Below are positions 30,471 through 40,709 of a stretch of 64,000 nucleotides of DNA, in pieces. The stretch comes from Alphaproteobacteria bacterium. GTDB lineage: Bacteria; Pseudomonadota; Alphaproteobacteria; Methylaequorales; Methylaequoraceae. How positions within the stretch are numbered: position 1 is the first letter of the stretch; every line of letters begins with the position of its first letter. Both the position numbers and the translations under genes were made by a program. The stretch is taken from contig JBJKUS010000008.1 in assembly GCA_045563025.1 (NCBI GenBank), positions 205,554 to 269,553 of the forward strand, written 5' to 3'. Below the pieces are notes generated by a model that was not told where the DNA came from, searched no databases, and saw nothing but the letters and a program-made list of their open reading frames with translations.

Positions 30471-32132
30471 TTAATTTCCCATTACGGTTCCGTCTCTTCG
30501 TTTATCAGCCACTCCTAAATAACCATCCTTAGTTTTATATATTACAGCCAAACCACTGGTTAAATTTCTAATGTCAGCACTACCAATTAAATTTTTTTTT
30601 AAACTTTTATCTTCTAAAAATGTTCTGCCCTTTATTCTAAGATAGTTTGGATTATTTAAAGATTTTTCTAAATCAATTTTATTATACAAAGTTTCAATTA
30701 GAACTCTAAAAACATAGGCTATGATGGCTTTTCCTCCTGGAGATCCAATGGTAAGAACTAATTCTCCATTTTCGTTAAAAACAATTATTGGAGACATAGA
30801 GCTTAATGGCCTTTTACCACCAACCACTCTATTTTTAATAAAGTCTCCAACACTATTTTTCATTTTGAATGAGAAGTCAGTTAATTGATTGTTCAAGAAA
30901 AATCCATTAGTAAATAACCTTGATCCAAAAGAGCTTTCAATACTTGATGTAGCTGACACAATGTTACCATCTTTATCAACAACTGAAAAATGCGTTGTTG
31001 AATTTAAAATTTCATCTAAGTGTAATAGGCTAGTTTTTTTATTGATTTTAAGAAAATTTTTATATTTTTTTAAAAGTTTTTCCTCATTTAATAATAAATT
31101 AATATCAACATCCTCAAATTTATCATCTGCTAGAGTCTCAGATCTTAATGAATAAACAAAATCAAGTATTGATAAAACACTATTAATATTGAAAGTATCT
31201 GTTTCTTTTGAAATGCTTTCATATATTATAAGCGCCTGTATAATACAGATTGTTCCTGAAGAAGGAAGATTAGGTCCACAGATAGATTTATTATTCTTCA
31301 GCTTATGACACAATGCGTAATTTTTTTCAGGTTCGTATAGCTCTAAATCGTTTTTATTAAGATAACCAGAATTTTTTGATTTTTGTACTTCCTTAACAAT
31401 ATTATCAGCAATTATTCCTTCATAAAATACACTAGGTTTCTTTGAAATTAATTTTAAAGTTTCTGTATAATCATCATTATAAAATTTTTTTTTTGGATCT
31501 GTTATGATGTTTTTAAATATAGAATTTGGGTATATATCAAAAAAAAAACGTTCTTTATTAATTGCATTTATTAATCGTGCTGATGGAATAAATCCATTTT
31601 TTGAAAATTCAATAACATAACTAATAATTTTCTCCCAATTCATAAGTCCATAGTTGCCATGAATAAGTTTGTAAGTCTTTAATGTAGCGGGAGTGCCAAC
31701 AGCAGCACCTCCAATGGCTGCCTCAAAAAATTTTTTGGTATCACCATTATTATTCAAAAAGATATTTCCCGGTATTTTTTTAGGGGCCTTTTCTCTTCCT
31801 TCATAACTATAAACTTTCTCTTCACTTTTATTATAGAACGTTATAAACGATCCCCCTCCCAATCCAGACGATTGCGGCTCAACTAATCCAAGTGTCATCT
31901 GAATTGCAACAGCTGCATCTACAGCATTACCCCCCTCACTGAGAATTTCAAACCCGATTGAGGTTGCATAGTCATTTGCTGTTACAACAATAAAATCTTT
32001 AGCTACTAACGATTTTTTTAAATTTGTTTTTATAGACGCAGGTTCGGGTTGAATGTCACTATACAATTGATTGGCGAAAATATTTTTTGAAATAAAAATA
32101 AAAAATAGAAAAAATTTTATTTTTTTTTTCAT
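30471..32132 (-). CDS. ggt: Gamma-glutamyltranspeptidase
   Basis: Signal peptide. The autoprocessing and nucleophile region is TTHFSVVDKDGNIVSATSSIESSFGS (the T-THxSVVD motif). Confidence 0.85.
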   Translation of the reverse strand: MKKKIKFFLFFIFISKNIFANQLYSDIQPEPASIKTNLKKSLVAKDFIVVTANDYATSIGFEILSEGGNAVDAAVAIQMTLGLVEPQSSGLGGGSFITFYNKSEEKVYSYEGREKAPKKIPGNIFLNNNGDTKKFFEAAIGGAAVGTPATLKTYKLIHGNYGLMNWEKIISYVIEFSKNGFIPSARLINAINKERFFFDIYPNSIFKNIITDPKKKFYNDDYTETLKLISKKPSVFYEGIIADNIVKEVQKSKNSGYLNKNDLELYEPEKNYALCHKLKNNKSICGPNLPSSGTICIIQALIIYESISKETDTFNINSVLSILDFVYSLRSETLADDKFEDVDINLLLNEEKLLKKYKNFLKINKKTSLLHLDEILNSTTHFSVVDKDGNIVSATSSIESSFGSRLFTNGFFLNNQLTDFSFKMKNSVGDFIKNRVVGGKRPLSSMSPIIVFNENGELVLTIGSPGGKAIIAYVFRVLIETLYNKIDLEKSLNNPNYLRIKGRTFLEDKSLKKNLIGSADIRNLTSGLAVIYKTKDGYLGVADKRRDGTVMGN

Positions 32133-32191
32133 TATATGAGTATATTAAAAATAACTGCATATTCATATTCTTTAAAACAAATTATTTTGAA

Positions 32192-32980
32192 ATGTCACTA
32201 ATAAAGGAAAAAAAAATACTCAAGAAATACAAAGAAAAATGTCCTTTGGTTTGTTTAACTTCTTATACATATCCACTTGCTAAATTAACAGATAAGTATG
32301 CAGATATTCTACTGGTAGGAGACTCAGTGGGACCAGTTCTTTACGGACTTCAATCAACTAAATATGTTTCTCTAGATGTAATCATTCAGCATGCAAAGGC
32401 AGTTTCAAGGGCTACCAAAAATGCTATGCTTGTAGTTGATATGCCTTTTGGAACTTATGAAAAAAATATTAATATAGCGTATAAAAATGCAGAGAAAATC
32501 ATCAATGAGACAGGTGCAGATGCCGTAAAAATAGAGGGTGGACAAAAGATTGCCAATACTGTCGAGTTTTTAGTAAGAAAAGGTATAACAGTGTTTGGAC
32601 ACATAGGAATGTTACCACAATCTTTTAATGGAAAGTATAAGGTTTATGGAAAAAGTGACAGCCAAAAAAAACAAATAATTAAGGATTTAAAGTTTTTAGA
32701 GGGCTCTGGTGTTTTTTCAATTGTTATCGAATGTACTATCGAAAAACTTGCCAAAAAGGTATGCGATATCTCAAATGTACCAATTATAGGTATAGGGGCA
32801 TCTAAAAGTTGTGATGGTCAAATATTAGTTACTGAAGATTTGTTAGGATTAACAGATTTTAATTCTAAATTTTTAAAGAAATATGTTAACCTTCAACATA
32901 TAATTGACAGATCCTTAAATAATTTCTCTAAGGATGTAAAAGAAAAATCATTCCCGTCCAGAAAAAATTTCTACAAATAA
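32192..32980 (+). CDS. panB: 3-methyl-2-oxobutanoate hydroxymethyltransferase
   Basis: PanB TIM-barrel motifs (…VGDSVG…, …KIEGG…). Confidence 0.85.
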   Translation: MSLIKEKKILKKYKEKCPLVCLTSYTYPLAKLTDKYADILLVGDSVGPVLYGLQSTKYVSLDVIIQHAKAVSRATKNAMLVVDMPFGTYEKNINIAYKNAEKIINETGADAVKIEGGQKIANTVEFLVRKGITVFGHIGMLPQSFNGKYKVYGKSDSQKKQIIKDLKFLEGSGVFSIVIECTIEKLAKKVCDISNVPIIGIGASKSCDGQILVTEDLLGLTDFNSKFLKKYVNLQHIIDRSLNNFSKDVKEKSFPSRKNFYK

Positions 32981-32985
32981 TTTTT

Positions 32986-33867
32986 ATGATTATAAAAAAA
33001 GTCAGTGACTTGGAAAATATTTTAGAAAGTTTAAGATTAGAAAAAAAGAAAAAAATTTACTTTATCCCAACAATGGGTAGCTTACATAAAGGGCATATCA
33101 GTCTAATCAAATTTGCTGAAAAGAAAAAAGCATTTATTATTTTGAGTATTTTTGTAAATCCATTGCAGTTTGATGATAAAAAAGATTTCAAAAAATATCC
33201 AAGGGATTTACAGAAAGATATAAGGATTATTAAGGATTTAAAGATCAATGTTGTTTTATTACCAGAAATAAGTTTTGCGAAAGATTTATCTTTTCCAAAT
33301 ATTAAAATAAAAAAATTAGATAAAAAATTATGTGGAATTGACAGACCAGGTCACTTCTTAGGAGTGGCATCAGTAGTCTTAAAGTTTTTGAATCTCATAA
33401 GACCAAACTTCATAGTTTTAGGTGAAAAGGATTTCCAACAAATTCTAGTGATTAAAAAGATTATTAAAGATTTTTCTTTAAAAACGAAAGTAATTGGACT
33501 GCCAATCATTAGAGAAAAATCAGGTTTAGCTCTGTCTTCAAGAAATAAACTTATTCCTCCTGAGAAAATTAAGATTGCTGAGAATATTTACACTTGCCTA
33601 AAACAAATATCCAAGGGAATAATTACTAACGGGTTAGAAATAAAAGAACTCAAATCATATCAGAATAAACTTTTAAAACTAGGAATTGAAAGGGTTAATT
33701 ATTTGGAAATTCTAAAGGAGACTAATTTGGAAGTCTTAGACCAAAAGCCCTCAATTGCAAGAATATTTATTTCAGTAAAATTTTTCGGGATCAAATTAAT
33801 TGATAACCTTAGAGTTTCCAAAAGATTAGTGCAAAAAAAGGGTTTTATATTAGGTGTGAAAGATTAG
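32986..33867 (+). CDS. panC: Pantoate--beta-alanine ligase
   Basis: HIGH-type nucleotide-binding motif PTMGSLHKGHISLI. Confidence 0.85.
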   Translation: MIIKKVSDLENILESLRLEKKKKIYFIPTMGSLHKGHISLIKFAEKKKAFIILSIFVNPLQFDDKKDFKKYPRDLQKDIRIIKDLKINVVLLPEISFAKDLSFPNIKIKKLDKKLCGIDRPGHFLGVASVVLKFLNLIRPNFIVLGEKDFQQILVIKKIIKDFSLKTKVIGLPIIREKSGLALSSRNKLIPPEKIKIAENIYTCLKQISKGIITNGLEIKELKSYQNKLLKLGIERVNYLEILKETNLEVLDQKPSIARIFISVKFFGIKLIDNLRVSKRLVQKKGFILGVKD

Positions 33868-35021
33868 TTTTTGAGGTAAATGTGAACTTCCTCAGCTTGA
33901 GCTGTTGTACTGTTGGAGGATGTAAGACTCATTCTTTCCGACGGGACTCCCATCTCTACAATTTTTCCAAATACTTCCGAGGCTCTTTGCCTAGCTTTAT
34001 CAGAAAAACTTGCCCCGCCTGTTGGACTTACAGCTACAACTTCAAAGTTAGCAGAAGGCATTTGTTCTAAAGCATTGGATATTGATTCAAATAAAGCTGT
34101 AGAATAATCGAAATTTGTATCATCAAACTTTATAACGAGTATTGCATTATCGTAATTTAGTGGAGCGATATTAACTGTGTCTATACTTTTTGGTTTTGCT
34201 TGTTCTTGGATATTGCTGCTAGTGGTTGGAGGAGAAGATACTCTTCCACCAAATTTTCCGACTTCAACATCTTCGGCCAACTTTTTCATATACTCACGTT
34301 CGTCATTAAGGATCATAATTTCTCTCGATATTTTTTGATCTAGCTCGTCCATTAATCTAGCATAGAGAACTGATGTTCTTTGAACGTCGTCGTTTAAAAC
34401 CTTAAGTTGATTATGGTCTTCGTCTATCGCACCAGATATGAAGAAGCTAGAATCGATAGCGTTTCTTAAATGAGTAATCAAGGCTGCATCTGCTGTGACT
34501 CTATTGTTAACAATTTGAAGATTATTGACGTTATTCTGTATATCTTCAAGAGCCCTTTGAGCGTCATTCCATTGACCAACTAAAATAGGGTTACCAGGAG
34601 TAGTACCTATCTGTAGTCTTGATCTGATTGCACTCGATAGTCCTTGATAAACAGAGGTCTGTTCGTCAACTAAATCTTTGAATCTTAGAAAATCATTATT
34701 ATGAGATGATATAGCATTTTGTATGCTTGATAGATCTCCTCTAAATTGATTAATTTTCCCTCCCACGAAAGTACCCGTTGGGCCAGTGTCGTAAGCAACT
34801 TCAGGCTGAGAAACTGGTGGTGGGGCATATTGAGATGGTGGAATTTCTTGGGAACCTGTGTCTTGAACAGTTTCTATGGTTTGAGGAACTTCTTCAAGAG
34901 CCGGCGGGGCTACAACCTCCTCGTCTGAAAGAGAGGGAAAAACATATTCTTGAACACCAGAACAAGAATATGTAAATAAAATTAATAAAAGAGTTGGGAG
35001 TTTTAAATACTTATATTTCAT
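33864..35021 (-). CDS. Lipoprotein with Pro-rich linker, coiled-coil and a degenerate OmpA-like C-terminal domain
   Basis: Signal peptide with lipobox-like LFTYSC. Pro/Gln/Val-rich low-complexity stretch (PPALEEVPQ…PPPVSQPEV). Central heptad-like region. The C-terminus …ILVIKFDDTNFDYSTALFESISNALEQ…SDKARQRASEVFGKIVEMGV… resembles a peptidoglycan-binding OmpA/MotB domain, but I did not find the usual HTD motif. Confidence 0.45.
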   Translation of the reverse strand: MKYKYLKLPTLLLILFTYSCSGVQEYVFPSLSDEEVVAPPALEEVPQTIETVQDTGSQEIPPSQYAPPPVSQPEVAYDTGPTGTFVGGKINQFRGDLSSIQNAISSHNNDFLRFKDLVDEQTSVYQGLSSAIRSRLQIGTTPGNPILVGQWNDAQRALEDIQNNVNNLQIVNNRVTADAALITHLRNAIDSSFFISGAIDEDHNQLKVLNDDVQRTSVLYARLMDELDQKISREIMILNDEREYMKKLAEDVEVGKFGGRVSSPPTTSSNIQEQAKPKSIDTVNIAPLNYDNAILVIKFDDTNFDYSTALFESISNALEQMPSANFEVVAVSPTGGASFSDKARQRASEVFGKIVEMGVPSERMSLTSSNSTTAQAEEVHIYLKN

Positions 35022-35195
35022 TATATCGCTACACTATGAATGTTTAAATTAATATATATACATTATTAAATGAATTAATTTACTACATATAGCTTATAAA
35101 TACATTAAAATAAACAAAAAAAATTATTCAACTTAATTATTTTCCCAATATGAGTTATGAATTGAAGTATACTGAAAAAAAGTAGAACTTAGAAA

Positions 35196-35272
35196 GTGCC
35201 CGTAGCTCAATTGGATAGAGCATCTGACTACGAATCAGAAGGTTGGGAGTTCGACTCTCTCCGGGCACGCCA
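35196..35272 (+). tRNA. tRNA-Arg (anticodon ACG)
   Basis: Hand-folded cloverleaf. Acceptor GTGCCCG/CGGGCAC. D-arm GCTC-AATTGGATA-GAGC. Anticodon stem TCTGA/TCAGA with loop CTACGAA. T-arm GGGAG-TTCGACT-CTCTC. Discriminator G plus an encoded CCA. Confidence 0.85.
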
Positions 35273-35356
35273 AAACTTTTACTACTACCTGTTGACAATA
35301 TTTTTACTTTTATTACTATATATTGTGTTTCACTACTTTTTTCGAGGAAATTAATT

Positions 35357-37216
35357 ATGGTAACTAATACATCTCTAAACGTTCTTCCAATTCAAAGAGA
35401 ACAGGATCTAAAAAAATCTGAAAGAAAAGAATCTTTAAAGATTGATTATAAAAGAGATAAGAATATTACAGACTTTGGAAAGGCAACATTGATTGACCGA
35501 TACTTGCTACCTGGTGAGAAATTTCAGGATATGTTTATGAGAGTTGCAAAATGTTATTCAGATAACGACGAACATGCTCAGAGAATTTATGACTACATCT
35601 CTAAAATGTGGTTTATGCCAGCAACGCCTGTTCTTTCAAATGGTGGCGCAAAAAGAGGGTTGCCGATTTCTTGTTTTCTAAACACTGTTCAAGACAGTTT
35701 AGAAGGAATTTTATCGACTTGGGGTGAAAATGTTTGGTTAGCTTCAAATGGTGGAGGCATTGGAACTTATTGGGGTGAGGTAAGATCAATAGGTGAAACT
35801 GTAAAAAAATCTGGACAGACCTCAGGTATTATTCCATTTGTCAGAGTAATGGATTCACTTACTCTTGCAATTTCTCAGGGTTCATTGCGTAGAGGCTCAG
35901 CAGCATGCTACCTAGATATTCATCATCCAGAAATAGAGGAATTTCTTGAAATTAGAAAACCATCCGGTGATTTCAATAGAAAAAGCTTGAACCTTCATCA
36001 CGGCATAAATATAACTGACGAATTTATGGAGTGTGTGAAAAATAACAAAGAATTTCCTTTGCGAAGCCCTGCAACTAATGAGACTCTAAAAAAAGTTAAT
36101 GCAAGAGATTTATGGCAAAAAATACTCGAGACCAGGATGCAAACAGGAGAACCATATTTAGTATTTATTGATACTGTAAATAAAAATATGGCTAAACATC
36201 AGAAAAGTAAGGGTTTGAAAGTTAAAACCTCAAATCTATGTAGCGAGATAATGCTTCACACCGGCTTAGATCACCTTGGAAAAGAAAGAACTGCTGTATG
36301 CTGTTTGTCTTCTGTGAACCTAGAAAAATGGGATGAATGGTCAACCGATACAAATTTCATTCAAGATGTAATGAGATTTCTTGATAATGTACTTGAAGAT
36401 TTTATAGAAAATGCACCTGAATCAATGAAGAATGCGGTTTATTCTGCTAAAAGAGAAAGGTCAGTCGGTTTAGGAGCAATGGGTTTTCATAGTTTTTTAC
36501 AAAAAAAAGGAATTCCTTTTGAGAGTGCTCTTGCCAAAAGTTGGAATACAAAATTTTTCAGACATTTAAAACAAGAGGCAGACAAAGCCTCAGTGATTCT
36601 AGCTATTGAAAAAGGAGCTTGCCCAGATGCTGATGAGATGGATGTCAAAGCAAGATTTAGCCACAAACTTGCAATAGCTCCAACTGCATCAATTAGTATT
36701 ATATGTGGAGGAACAAGTGCTTGTGTTGAACCAATCCCAGCAAATATTTATACACATAAAACTTTGTCTGGTTCCTTTACAGTTAAGAATAAATACTTAG
36801 AAAGAATCTTAGAAGAAAAAAATATTAATAACGAAAAAACCTGGCAAAGCATTATAGAGAATGATGGATCAATTTCACACCTTAAAGAATTATCTGAGGA
36901 TGAGAAAAAGTGTTTCAAAACTGCATTTGAAATAGATCAGCGCTGGATAATTGAGATGGCCGCAGATAGAACTCCATTTATCTGCCAAAGTCAATCAATA
37001 AATCTCTACTTGTCTGCAGATATAGATAAATGGGATCTAATGATGCTTCATTGGAAAGCATGGGAATTAGGTATTAAAAGTTTGTACTATTGCAGATCAA
37101 AGTCAATTCAGAGGGCAAGTTATGCCGGAGTTGAAGCTGATAATACAAAAAATTGGCCAGAAAAAAACATTTCAGACTCAAAAACCGACTACGAAGAATG
37201 CTTATCGTGTCAATAA
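35357..37216 (+). CDS. nrdA: Ribonucleoside-diphosphate reductase alpha subunit (class I)
   Basis: RNR large-subunit core (…PATPVLSNGG…, the active-site Cys region NLCSEI, a C-terminal Cys pair). I start at the ATG at 35357. The track's 5′ extension to 35243 runs through the tRNA-Arg and is spurious. Confidence 0.8.
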   Translation: MVTNTSLNVLPIQREQDLKKSERKESLKIDYKRDKNITDFGKATLIDRYLLPGEKFQDMFMRVAKCYSDNDEHAQRIYDYISKMWFMPATPVLSNGGAKRGLPISCFLNTVQDSLEGILSTWGENVWLASNGGGIGTYWGEVRSIGETVKKSGQTSGIIPFVRVMDSLTLAISQGSLRRGSAACYLDIHHPEIEEFLEIRKPSGDFNRKSLNLHHGINITDEFMECVKNNKEFPLRSPATNETLKKVNARDLWQKILETRMQTGEPYLVFIDTVNKNMAKHQKSKGLKVKTSNLCSEIMLHTGLDHLGKERTAVCCLSSVNLEKWDEWSTDTNFIQDVMRFLDNVLEDFIENAPESMKNAVYSAKRERSVGLGAMGFHSFLQKKGIPFESALAKSWNTKFFRHLKQEADKASVILAIEKGACPDADEMDVKARFSHKLAIAPTASISIICGGTSACVEPIPANIYTHKTLSGSFTVKNKYLERILEEKNINNEKTWQSIIENDGSISHLKELSEDEKKCFKTAFEIDQRWIIEMAADRTPFICQSQSINLYLSADIDKWDLMMLHWKAWELGIKSLYYCRSKSIQRASYAGVEADNTKNWPEKNISDSKTDYEECLSCQ

Positions 37217-37231
37217 AATGAAAGGAAAAAA

Positions 37232-38257
37232 ATGGACAGTTTTAATGAAAGAATAAAATCAAAAGCAGGGCTTCTAACACCTTCACATTCTTATAAGCCT
37301 TTTAGGTATCCTTGGGCCTATGATTTTTGGAAAAGACAACAGCAGATACATTGGATGCCTGAAGAAGTTCCGCTTGGCGAGGATTGTAAGGACTGGGTGG
37401 TAAAGCTTAACGATAATGAAAGGAATCTCCTAACACAAATCTTCAGATTTTTCACTCAGTCAGATGTTGAGGTCAATGATAATTATATGGAAAAATATTC
37501 CAGAGTATTCAAACCAACAGAAATAAAAATGATGATGGCAGCTTTCTCAAATATGGAAACAGTCCATATAGCAGCCTATGCTCTGCTTTTGGAAACAATA
37601 GGAATGCCAGATTCTGAATTCTCGTCTTTTTTAAAATATAAGGAAATGTCAGATAAACACGACTACATGCAAGAATTCACTGTTGATTCACCTCATGAGG
37701 TTGCAAAAACCTTGGCGATGTTTGGAGCTTTTACGGAGGGCCTACAGCTATTTGCAAGTTTTGCAATGTTACTTAATTTTCCAAGACACAATAAAATGCG
37801 AGGAATGGGACAGATAATTTCTTGGTCTGTGCGAGACGAATCTCTCCATTGCGAAGGAATGATTAAATTGTTTCATGAGTTCGTCAAAGAAACAAAAACT
37901 TTTTCATCAAAACTAAAAAAAGAAATAAATGAGTGTTGTGAAACAGTTGTTGGGCTCGAAGATAAGTTTATTGATTTGGCTTTTGAGTTGGGCCCAGTTG
38001 AAGGTATGGAACCAGAAGATATAAAGAGTTACATAAGATATATTGCAGACTGGAGATTAAAACAACTTAACCTTGATCCTATTTATCAAATAAAGGAACA
38101 TCCTTTACCTTGGTTGAGAGAAATTCTTAATGGTGTTGAACACGCTAATTTTTTTGAAGCAAGAGCAACCGAGTACTCTAAAGTGGCAACTCAAGGAAGT
38201 TGGGATGGTAAAAATGGAGTTTGGGCTGCATTTGATAAAAAGCTAATGAGTTTTTAA
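37232..38257 (+). CDS. nrdB: Ribonucleoside-diphosphate reductase beta subunit
   Basis: Ferritin-like di-iron protein with the RNR small-subunit pattern. Sits immediately downstream of nrdA. Confidence 0.8.
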   Translation: MDSFNERIKSKAGLLTPSHSYKPFRYPWAYDFWKRQQQIHWMPEEVPLGEDCKDWVVKLNDNERNLLTQIFRFFTQSDVEVNDNYMEKYSRVFKPTEIKMMMAAFSNMETVHIAAYALLLETIGMPDSEFSSFLKYKEMSDKHDYMQEFTVDSPHEVAKTLAMFGAFTEGLQLFASFAMLLNFPRHNKMRGMGQIISWSVRDESLHCEGMIKLFHEFVKETKTFSSKLKKEINECCETVVGLEDKFIDLAFELGPVEGMEPEDIKSYIRYIADWRLKQLNLDPIYQIKEHPLPWLREILNGVEHANFFEARATEYSKVATQGSWDGKNGVWAAFDKKLMSF

Positions 38258-38266
38258 TTCAATAGC

Positions 38267-39352
38267 TTAAGATTTTTCAATATATAAAGATTGAGATGGG
38301 AATGCGAATGAACATTTTCTTCTTTCAACAATTTCTTTAATTCCTATAGCAAGTTTATCTTTTGTATTGACAAATTCTTCATAATCACTTGTGTTTGCAA
38401 AACATCTCACGAGAATATCTATTGAACTTGCAGCAAATTCATTGATTTTGACTATCACGGGAGTTTTGGGAGTGACAAAAAAATCCTCTTTATTATTGCT
38501 AATTAATTCTTCAATGTCTCTGCATATCGTTTTAAGCTGTTTAGTTGTTGTTTTGTACTCAAGGCCTATCAACCAATTGATTCTACGATTTGAAGTCTCA
38601 GAAATATTAGTTACAGCATTCTCTGCAAATTGGTTATTGGGGATATAACAAAGGGACTTATCAAACTTTCTTATTGCTGTTGACCGAAATCCAATCTTTT
38701 CAACAACACCCTCAATTACACCTTCAATAATAATTACGTCACCTTTTTTAAATCTTTTTTCTATTAAAACTAGAACACCAGAAATTAAATTTTTAAAAAG
38801 ATCCTGAGCACCTAGTGCAACAGCAACACCAAAAAGACCCAAACCGGCTATGATTGGAGCTACTTTAATTCCCCAAATTTCAAGCACAGCTGATAGACCT
38901 AATATAAATAGAACTACTTTTATGGCATTAATAATCCATTCTAATAAATCCTTGGTTAATACAGTCTCAATATTCTTAATTTTTAAAAAGAGTGGTTGAA
39001 TACTTAAACCAATAAACCAAAATACAACAACTGTAAAAAAGGATGAATTAATTTTATCTGTGAATTTTCTAATTAGTTCGGACTCTGACAAAAAGGAAGT
39101 TGAGCAAAAAAAAGCTACAGAAAAAATTAAGAAATTCAGAGGTCTGTCGACAATTTTTATAAAGTTATCACTGCCAGTATTTCTAAAAAAAAATTTAATT
39201 TTTTTTCTAATAAAATTTTTAATTAAGCTCCTACAAAAAAATATTGTAAAAAAAACAAAAATGAAAAGAATTAAGTTAAAAGCATTTATTCCGAAAACTT
39301 CTATACTTTTAATCTCATTTATTGTTTCTAAAATTGAACTAGTTGTAATCAT
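38267..39352 (-). CDS. Small-conductance mechanosensitive channel (MscS family)
   Basis: N-terminal TM helices and the MscS core …GLGLFGVAVALGAQDLFKNLISGVLVLIEKRFKKGDVIIIEGVIEGVVEKIGFRST…. Confidence 0.8.
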   Translation of the reverse strand: MITTSSILETINEIKSIEVFGINAFNLILFIFVFFTIFFCRSLIKNFIRKKIKFFFRNTGSDNFIKIVDRPLNFLIFSVAFFCSTSFLSESELIRKFTDKINSSFFTVVVFWFIGLSIQPLFLKIKNIETVLTKDLLEWIINAIKVVLFILGLSAVLEIWGIKVAPIIAGLGLFGVAVALGAQDLFKNLISGVLVLIEKRFKKGDVIIIEGVIEGVVEKIGFRSTAIRKFDKSLCYIPNNQFAENAVTNISETSNRRINWLIGLEYKTTTKQLKTICRDIEELISNNKEDFFVTPKTPVIVKINEFAASSIDILVRCFANTSDYEEFVNTKDKLAIGIKEIVERRKCSFAFPSQSLYIEKS

Positions 39353-39866
39353 GAAGGTTATATGTTTCTTTTAAGTATTTTATACATTCGTTATATTCAA
39401 AACCTTGTTGAAATAATTTTCTTAATATCTTTTGTATGTATTCCTTTTTATTAATGTTTATCTCAATTTCCCTGGAAAGACCACTTTTTGATAAATATTT
39501 TTTTATAAGTTCATTTTGAATTTCATCTTTATTTTCAAGTAAATGTAGTTGCTCATTAATGAGATTTTCGTTGAAAAAGTTTTTTTTGAGATACATTCTC
39601 ATTTTTTTAAATGAAAATCCTCTTTGCCTTAAATTGTCAATCTTAATTTGAATTAACTTTTCCTCATCAAAAAAGCCTTGTTCTGAATAGAAATCTAAAA
39701 CAATCTCTATTTCATTTAAGTATGATTCTTTTTCTTCAAAAGAAATTTTTTTTTGGAAAAAGTCTTTAGTGATTTTTGATTTTAATATATTCTCAAATTT
39801 TTTTTGATTAACCCAATATTTTGAGAGATAAAATGAGCAATATTTTTCAAAATATTTTGAAATCAT
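39339..39866 (-). CDS. RecX-like regulatory protein (three-helix repeat family)
   Basis: 175 aa. Repeated helical modules with RecX-like …LRQRGFS…I…YL… and …LFQQGFEYNECIKYL patterns. There is no adjacent recA, so this is a family-level call only. Confidence 0.4.
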   Translation of the reverse strand: MISKYFEKYCSFYLSKYWVNQKKFENILKSKITKDFFQKKISFEEKESYLNEIEIVLDFYSEQGFFDEEKLIQIKIDNLRQRGFSFKKMRMYLKKNFFNENLINEQLHLLENKDEIQNELIKKYLSKSGLSREIEININKKEYIQKILRKLFQQGFEYNECIKYLKETYNLHDYN

Positions 39867-39917
39867 AAATATATTAAATATTAATAAAATTTATAATCAA
39901 ACCTATTTGTTAGCGGT

Positions 39918-40706
39918 ATGAATAAAGTTAAAAGTTTTAAAGGGTTTAATTGGATAGGGTTTTATACTCTTTATTCTAAGGAGGTCAGACGTTTTCTGAA
40001 TGTTTTTGCTCAAACAGTTCTTGCACCAGCAATTACAACGCTTTTATTTTATATAATTTTTACAATTTCGGTTGATAGGAGTTATCTCAGCACTGAAAGT
40101 TTTACATTTTCTCAGTTTTTAGCTCCAGGCTTAGTTTGTATGTCAATTATGCAAAATGCTTTTGCCAATACCTCTTCATCTATATTAATATCAAAAGTTC
40201 AAGGAAATATAGTGGATGTTTTGATGCCACCTTTATCAGAATATGAGTTAACTTTTTCCTATTCTCTTGGAGGAGTTACCCGTGGTTTACTTGTAGGATT
40301 GTCCGTATCGATAGTCATCTATCTTATCGTACCAATTCAAATAACTAATTTGTTTATAATCATATACTTTGCATTATTCTCTTCACTTCTATTATCCTTG
40401 TTGGGAATTTTATGCGGAATTTGGGCAAAAAAATTTGATCATATGGCTTCGGTAACTAACTTTATAATATTACCATTGACATTTTTATCGGGTACATTTT
40501 ATTCAATAGAGAGACTTCCAGAGGATTGGAGGTTTTTTGCATATTTGAATCCATTTTTTTATATTATTGATGGATTTAGATATGGTTTTGTAGGAGTCAG
40601 TGATAGTAATATTTCTTTAGGAATTTTTATTTTAGCTATGGCAAATCTTATTTTTTTAATATTAACTATATATATTTTTAAGAAAGGTTACGGCCTTCGT
40701 AATTAG
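39918..40706 (+). CDS. ABC-2-type transporter permease (orphan; no adjacent ATPase)
   Basis: Six predicted TM helices and the ABC-2 family layout (NodJ/YadH-like N-terminus …FYTLYSKEVRRFLNVFAQTVLAPAITTLLFYIIF…). Confidence 0.6.
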   Translation: MNKVKSFKGFNWIGFYTLYSKEVRRFLNVFAQTVLAPAITTLLFYIIFTISVDRSYLSTESFTFSQFLAPGLVCMSIMQNAFANTSSSILISKVQGNIVDVLMPPLSEYELTFSYSLGGVTRGLLVGLSVSIVIYLIVPIQITNLFIIIYFALFSSLLLSLLGILCGIWAKKFDHMASVTNFIILPLTFLSGTFYSIERLPEDWRFFAYLNPFFYIIDGFRYGFVGVSDSNISLGIFILAMANLIFLILTIYIFKKGYGLRN

Positions 40707-40709
40707 CAT

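Noticed and set aside
35022-35272. tRNA gene as a genomic-island or integration boundary
   Set aside because: There is no integrase, no flanking direct repeat of the tRNA 3′ end and no compositional shift. The neighbouring genes are core (panBC, nrdAB).
35243-35356. 5′ extension of the nrdA ORF (MGVRLSPGTPKLL…)
   Set aside because: It reads through a well-formed tRNA-Arg gene. The real start is the ATG at 35357.
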